From Psilocybe cubensis (lineage: Eukaryota): a stretch of 64,000 nucleotides of DNA. Within the stretch, counting starts at the first letter, position 1. Every line of letters begins with the position of its first letter. A program made the translations under genes and the position numbers. The notes under the pieces are model-generated. The model saw only the letters and a program-made list of their open reading frames with translations, was not told where the DNA came from and made no database searches. Positions 57,899 to 64,000 of the stretch are shown here, piece after piece. The stretch covers positions 2,542,001-2,606,000 of the forward strand of contig CM039001.1 in NCBI GenBank assembly GCA_017499595.2, written 5' to 3'.

Positions 57899-60615
57899 AT
57901 GAGGTCCCCACTCTCTTTCCGTGTCAATATGCGGCGCAGAACAATATCCCGGAGGTTACATATTTCTCCAGATTTCCAGCTGACCCCTTGTCGCGACTCT
58001 TCTTCAAAGGGGCTCTCTGCCAATGAACCACAGTCCGTCTATGATGCCTGGTTGGCCTCCAGAGAAATTCCAGGTCAACCCGGGTCATACCTCGTTCCCG
58101 GCGCCCCTCGCGCGCTGAATGCTAAAAATGCCCACCTGGCACTGTATGTTACTAGGACATGCACTCTTGATTTTGTGCGTTTCACATCTGGCTGTCCCAG
58201 GCTTTGTTTTTTGTTGAACATGCCATTTCCAGTTGAGAATGCTCTGGATGTTGAACCCTTTTAAAACCTCGCTAATGATGGCCCTAAATATTATTCGAAG
58301 CCTTTTCCCGGCATTTAGAGGCTACTCTCAGGTCCGTCGCTAGATGATGTTCATTTTCTTTTGTTCTGATGGTTTCCCTGAAACTCACAGGCTTTGATAG
58401 TCGACGAGGTAGGCAAACTCCTTTCTAATTTTTATGTCTTGTTATAAATTCTTGGACCCCAAAAAGTTGCAATCCTTGATAGCATCAGACAGCTTCACGT
58501 GGAGCCGACTGTTATATCTTATATCAACGGAGGTCCTAAGAAGGGTCATAGAAGGCTGTCTTGACTCTTTTGCGTAAGTTATTTTTGAGCTTTGCAACCA
58601 AACGCTAGCATGTGGTTAATTGTGTTCTAAATGCAGTGCTTCAAATGAGAGTGATGTTCTGGGTTCTGCCCGTTTCTATATTGAACACAAGCAAATGGAA
58701 CAAAGGCTACGGCTCGACGTTCCAACATTGGCAGACCCAACAGTCCGCGTCCTTCTCCAGGAATCAGACCTCTTCGCACGTTCATTTGGTGGCGGTGGAT
58801 TTGGAATGCTATCGCCAATGGATTTCATAAATGTTATTTCACTTACGACTGAAATAGCCTCTCACATCTTTTTAATCCTTTCCCTCACCCGTGGCGCATT
58901 CCACATCGGCATACTTTTTCTGTCTATATTTTCCACCATGCTACCCCTCTTTCTGTCTTGGATCAACTACTCACGCGACCCAGCGGAAACGACTTCAACA
59001 AGGACAGAGGTAGAGGCTTGCGATCGTCAAGAGCGCTTGCGAAATCTGGCCTATAGTGATGTTCACCGTCCAGAAATCGCATTGTTCGGTTTAAGTGACT
59101 GGATTCTTCAGTCATGGTCAAGTGCAAGAAAATTGGTTCTTTCTTTCGAACAGCCATCTTACGCACGCAACACCTCTATTATCGACCAATTCAACCTCAC
59201 GGAGCTTGTAAGCGCTGTCCAAACAGTACGTACGATGACGCAATTTTTCGTTCATTACAGTGAACTAACGGATATTTAGATTCCATTATTATTATTGATT
59301 AAAGGTTCTTCAACTTCCATCGGTTCATTGACGGTATATCGTAGCTCCATACAAAGCCTCGTATATGCGTCTCGAAATTTGGTGACAACTACCAAAATGG
59401 TCTTCCAAGGCCTGTTTTTGATGTCCGCCTTTACGGCCGGCATGAAATTAAAGCCAAAATTGAACCCGAAACGAGAGGAAAGGGCTCGTTATATCTCTTC
59501 AAAAGGAGGGGCCAGCATTGTAGCCAGGTATTCTAATTTGTGCCTTGGCCTTCATTTGTGACTAACTTCAAAGAAGAGGTTTGTCGTACACTTACCCGGG
59601 TAGCGACAAACCGGCGCTTAAAAATATCAACTTTTCGCTAAATGCCGGTGAAACCTTGGCAATAGTTGGATACAATGGTTCAGGTTTGTTATACACTTCT
59701 GGACTAAACCCAACTATTCACATATACTTTACTGTTTCCAGGGAAATCTACGCTTGCAAAAATTTTATTGCGTATAGTTGACTACGATAAAGGCTCACTG
59801 CTTGTCAATAATGTCAATGTCAGAAACTATCACCCTGCAGACTATCACAGCCACTTGAGCGCGGTGTTCCAAGGCTTCTCCAAGTACAGCAGCACGTTGA
59901 AAGAGAATGTAGGCTTAGGAAACATTGACAAAATTGGGTATGTGCCCGCCATCCAAGAAGCTATTCACCTGGCTGAGGCCGACAAGTTTGTCGAGTCTCT
60001 TCCACACGGCCTCAAAACAATGCTGGCGACTCCTGGATTTGAAAGTATGTCCTATCCTGGGATGATGAATGATGGAGAATCATCGAAACGGCATGACTTG
60101 TCGGGTGGCGAGGTACGCTTTTTCGTCTGTCAACATACAATGTCATTAATCGGGGCCTTTGACGTAGTGGCAAAAAGTTGCTCTAGCGAGAGCATTTATG
60201 CGAGCAAAAGAGCCTGGAGTTGATCTTCTAATATTTGATGAACCTGTAAACCGACTTTTTGCTTCCCCTTGATCTTTTATCTGGACTAACGGCTCACTAG
60301 ACCTCCTCCCTGGATGCACTAGCACAAAGCCACATTACTGCTACTTTAAAGAGTATATCCCGGACACCAACCGGTGAAAGGACAAAAACTATAATTTATA
60401 TCACTCATAGTGTTGCAACAGCGCGCGGTGCGGATAAAATTGCCATGATGAAAGATGGAGTAAGTACCCTAATTGACCCTTCAAACTGCTATAAATCTCA
60501 TGCATGCGAATGTCAGACAATAACTGAGTTCGGAACTCATGAGGAGCTTCTTTCCAAACCAGACGGGGGATATGCTGCGCTATATAATGCAGCACAGGGG
60601 AACCCATCACTCTAG
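57899..60615 (+). CDS. ABC half transporter (TMD plus NBD), bacterial peptide-exporter-like
   Basis: Walker A GYNGSG-KST, Q-loop VFQ, signature LSGGE-WQK, Walker B IFDEP-TSSLD, H-loop ITH, with hydrophobic segments upstream. The start codon is uncertain. Confidence 0.85.
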
Positions 60616-60729
60616 ATAACTAGTAGATGTAATGTATCTTTATTCGTAAATAGCCGTAGACGCCTAGATGTACTACCAAGTAAAGTATGTAATGTATAAT
60701 TGCTGTAAGTAATGTACGTGCGAGTGAAA

Positions 60730-63700
60730 TTATACCAATTCACGCATGGAATTGTCAACGAAAGAGACAGCACCGTCAGCGATAAAGGCATCAACCATGG
60801 TGCTTTCGGCATTTGGCAGCCCCCCTGTTGTAGTTGAAGGGCGGTTCTGTCCATTGCCATAAACTCCGACAAGTAACTCGGCACTCCGGATCCCATCAAC
60901 CAACGATGGGACTTGAACCTTACGTGGATCTCATCAACGCTTGTTCTTAAGGAGTTAAGCAATAAGCTCACCAAGAGTTGTGTTTCAACAAATATTCCCA
61001 ATAGATTGTTCGCTTTTGCAAACTCTACAGCTGCACCAACGCTCGAAACCCGTTTGTCATCATTTCCAGACCCACATGCCGTTTGAGAAGGATTGTCAAT
61101 GGGATTTTTGCCGCAGACGGTGCCAAAGAAAACAGGATCTAGGAAAAGTCAGTGTGAGAAGCGACTCAAGGTGACGGTACGCACAATTAGGTTGTTTCCA
61201 GTTTAAAGCCGAGCAAACATCCGGTGAGAAAGACATGAATGCGATTTTTCTTCTAGGTAATTGCGTTTCGAGAGGATCTGATACATTAAAAATCGTCTGA
61301 AGTACTGAGCCCACAAATTCATTGAGATTGAGTCGATGTAGATTCAACGACTTTGTGGTAATTTCGGAGGGATAGGCCAAGTCAAACAACACATTGACAG
61401 TCGGTGAAAGAAGCTGTTATAGGTTTGTCAATTGAATCTCGTTATTGAACAGAGAAAGACATACCTTCAATAATTTATCCAACGATATCATTGCCGGAGG
61501 CAGGTATTTATTCCAGTCAATAGATGTACCTGGTGGAATCCCATCCATATCTTTCCCAACAGATCTTGCTAAAGCCTCAAACTGCGCCAACGTAACATCA
61601 GCTACACCGAGTTCGAAGTTGATGCCAGGAAGAAGCCAATCGAAGAATACCACGGGGTGATGATCCCGAGTGACTTGAATAACAATATATAGGTAGTTTC
61701 CCTGAAGAGATGAGATCGCTAATGTCTGACTGGTGGCATTACTGGCGTTATAAACGGGGGATGCATGTACAGACCCAATATGATTCGGACGACGGGGTGT
61801 GCGAAGGGGAGCCAATAGATTACCAGCTGCAACCGCTGTTGATTTCCAGTATGTTTCCAAATCCCCGCCCACTTCCAGTGTAACGCCTTTGAATGGAGTG
61901 ATAATATTAATTTCGAAGTCAACCTAGAAAATCAATTTAGTCCAGAATCGAGCAAAAAAAAAATGACATCATACCTCGCCGATAACATGCAACCTGTTGT
62001 CGACAATAGGCAGCGTGAAAAATTGATTATTTTTTATATCCTGGAACATCCCGGGCAAGGCCACTGCACGGCCTATCGTTTTGGTGCCAAAATTCGGGTA
62101 CACTGAAAACTCTAGAGCTAGATGGTCCAAAGAAGCGATCTGGAACGAAAACGATCCTTCATCGCTATTCTGAGGAAGAGATATAGTGTACGGGGCGGAG
62201 TTTACATGTGGGCCCGCCGTCATGACAAGTTTCAGAGGAGTTGTGGAAAGAAGATATTCGTCCTTGAAAAATGGACTGATGAGGCGATGATGTAGGCGCA
62301 CACCACTGCTTCCGTTAGTTTTGTTGGTTGATCGCCCAATCGAGACTTGTACGAAATGCGAGTTTACCAGGTAATTGTGTCCATATACGCGATGAGGCAT
62401 AATTGGAGGTGGTAGGGACAACGATGGAATTTGGTCGATCTCAAAGTCACCGACAGAACCCCCATCTGACCAAGGGGAGCGACTATGGCCAACAGGGAAT
62501 TGAGTTAAGTTTGGGGTGTCTTTTGTGACAGATAACAGAATTTCCAGGCAAGACTGATGGCCATACCACGCGGCATAATGAGATGCATAATGTCCAAGTT
62601 CGTCCTTTAAGGAGACGCGACAGTTACCAGATACAAGGATTTGAACGCATTCGGCGTGTCCATACCTTGCAGCATGAAATAGAGGTGTCCATTCGTGATA
62701 CTTATCTGGAGTATCCCAGCCATCGAGGTGAAGAAGCAGCCGACAAATGGCATCGTGGCCTTGGCGTGCTGCAAGATGGATAGGATACTCACCATTGCTA
62801 TTTGGCATCGAGGTCGCTCCATGTTCAAGCAATAACACAACAACGTCGACATGACCTGCTTGGGCAGCCAGTGACAGCGGACTAAAATCTCCAGATGGCA
62901 TAGGAGGTTGGGCTTGAACATGGCCCTTTTCAAAAAGAACACGAACACAGCCAACGTCGCCCTTCAGGGTAGCGTATACCAGAGGGCTGTAATTGTCTCT
63001 ATCAAGAATATTCGGAGAAGCGCTTGCATCCAGGAGTTGATCACAAACATGTGCATGCCCTCTCATAGCAGCATAATGTAGAGCTGTCCGACCATATACA
63101 TCGCACTTATCCACAGGGACGTTATTTTCAATGCATAGAGATACCATTCTCTGGGCTCCAGCGATAGCAGCTTCGTGAAGGCATGTCCGTCCGTTGATAT
63201 CGTCAATAAATTGAAAATCGAATGGACTAGTGAGGGTTGCCAAAATGAGGTCTGTAAGATCCGGGGGCGCTTCAATGATGATATTCCAGAGAATTCGTGT
63301 TACATTGCCCAGTCCACCCGATTGTTGAGCAAGGAGATCAGAGTAATGGACGCAGTCTATAAGAGCCGCAGCGTCATTGGCTGCAAGGGCCTTGTGAAAG
63401 TTACTTTCAAGATCACGGAAAGGGCCGGTCGGTGGAGTAATCTCCGTCAAGATTTGTTGAGCAAAGATGTCGCTTGCACCAGGGCCTTCAAATTTCAATC
63501 CGGAAGATAGGTCAGTAATGTTTAGCAAGCATGTCGCTACGGTATCCGCAAGTTCTGAAATCAGCTACAAGACGAGAAATTAGCATATTCTCAGTTCTTT
63601 GAGAGATTTTTGCAGCACCTGTCGGTTAAAAACTGGTTGAACGTCAACTTGTCGAGCCAGATAAAGCTCTTTTGTGGTAGACTTTGAACGCTTGTCATAT

Positions 63701-64000
63701 TTCTTGAGGATTTTACGAAACCCAGTGGCGTTGATCTCTACAAATTGCTTTTGTGCAAGTTTGTAAAAATTGTGCCTAACCAAAGTGAAAACCTTACCTG
63801 AAGTTTGCCCAAGTCTCGTTCTAATAATCGAAACCCTTCCTCCACTGCGCTCCACTCGACATGACTCGCAGTTATATTGCCTGACGTGTCTGGGATACCC
63901 CTCATTGCCGCTGCTCTACGCTTAGATAGGAGGGTCTCCATCCGTAGCGTCACTTCCGCTTCTTTTTGAAGATAGAAAGCATTGATCTATAAGTTTCAAT
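60730..64000 (-). CDS. PHO81: SPX-ankyrin-GDPD-like CDK inhibitor Pho81/NUC-2 (5' end outside the window)
   Basis: SPX segment INATGFRKILKKYDKRSKSTTKELYL, ankyrin repeats, LPPPIMPHRVYGHN and a degenerate GDPD-like C-terminus. Confidence 0.92.

Overview
Gene-dense, intron-rich fungal DNA (introns mostly ~50-60 nt with CTRAY-type branch points), most consistent with an agaricomycete basidiomycete. The ORF track only captures exon fragments, so I spliced the gene models by eye; CDS coordinates are start codon to stop codon and include introns. The window holds about 24 genes, mostly housekeeping: SSU72 (cut off at the left edge and missing from the ORF track), F-box protein, UFE1, TVP38, LOA1/VPS66, a divergent SR-like RRM protein, a YHR112C-like trans-sulfuration enzyme, a Zn2Cys6 transcription factor, an expansin-like DPBB protein, DIP2, APE4, IMP4, SEC18, STIMATE-like, DUF2009, eIF3m, an S53 sedolisin, MRC1, a small orphan, TAZ1, an atypical CAX, THO2, FOL2, a bacterial-type ABC half transporter and PHO81 (cut off at the right edge). 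I found no transposon, tRNA, rRNA, CRISPR array or secondary-metabolite cluster. The most interesting items are a candidate orphan box C/D RNA in a long 5'UTR intron of SSU72, triple DPR motifs on Ssu72, a splice-dependent PTS1, a CAX with altered ion-binding motifs and a NisT/SpaT-like ABC transporter. Family assignments rest on motif recognition from memory; no searches were run.
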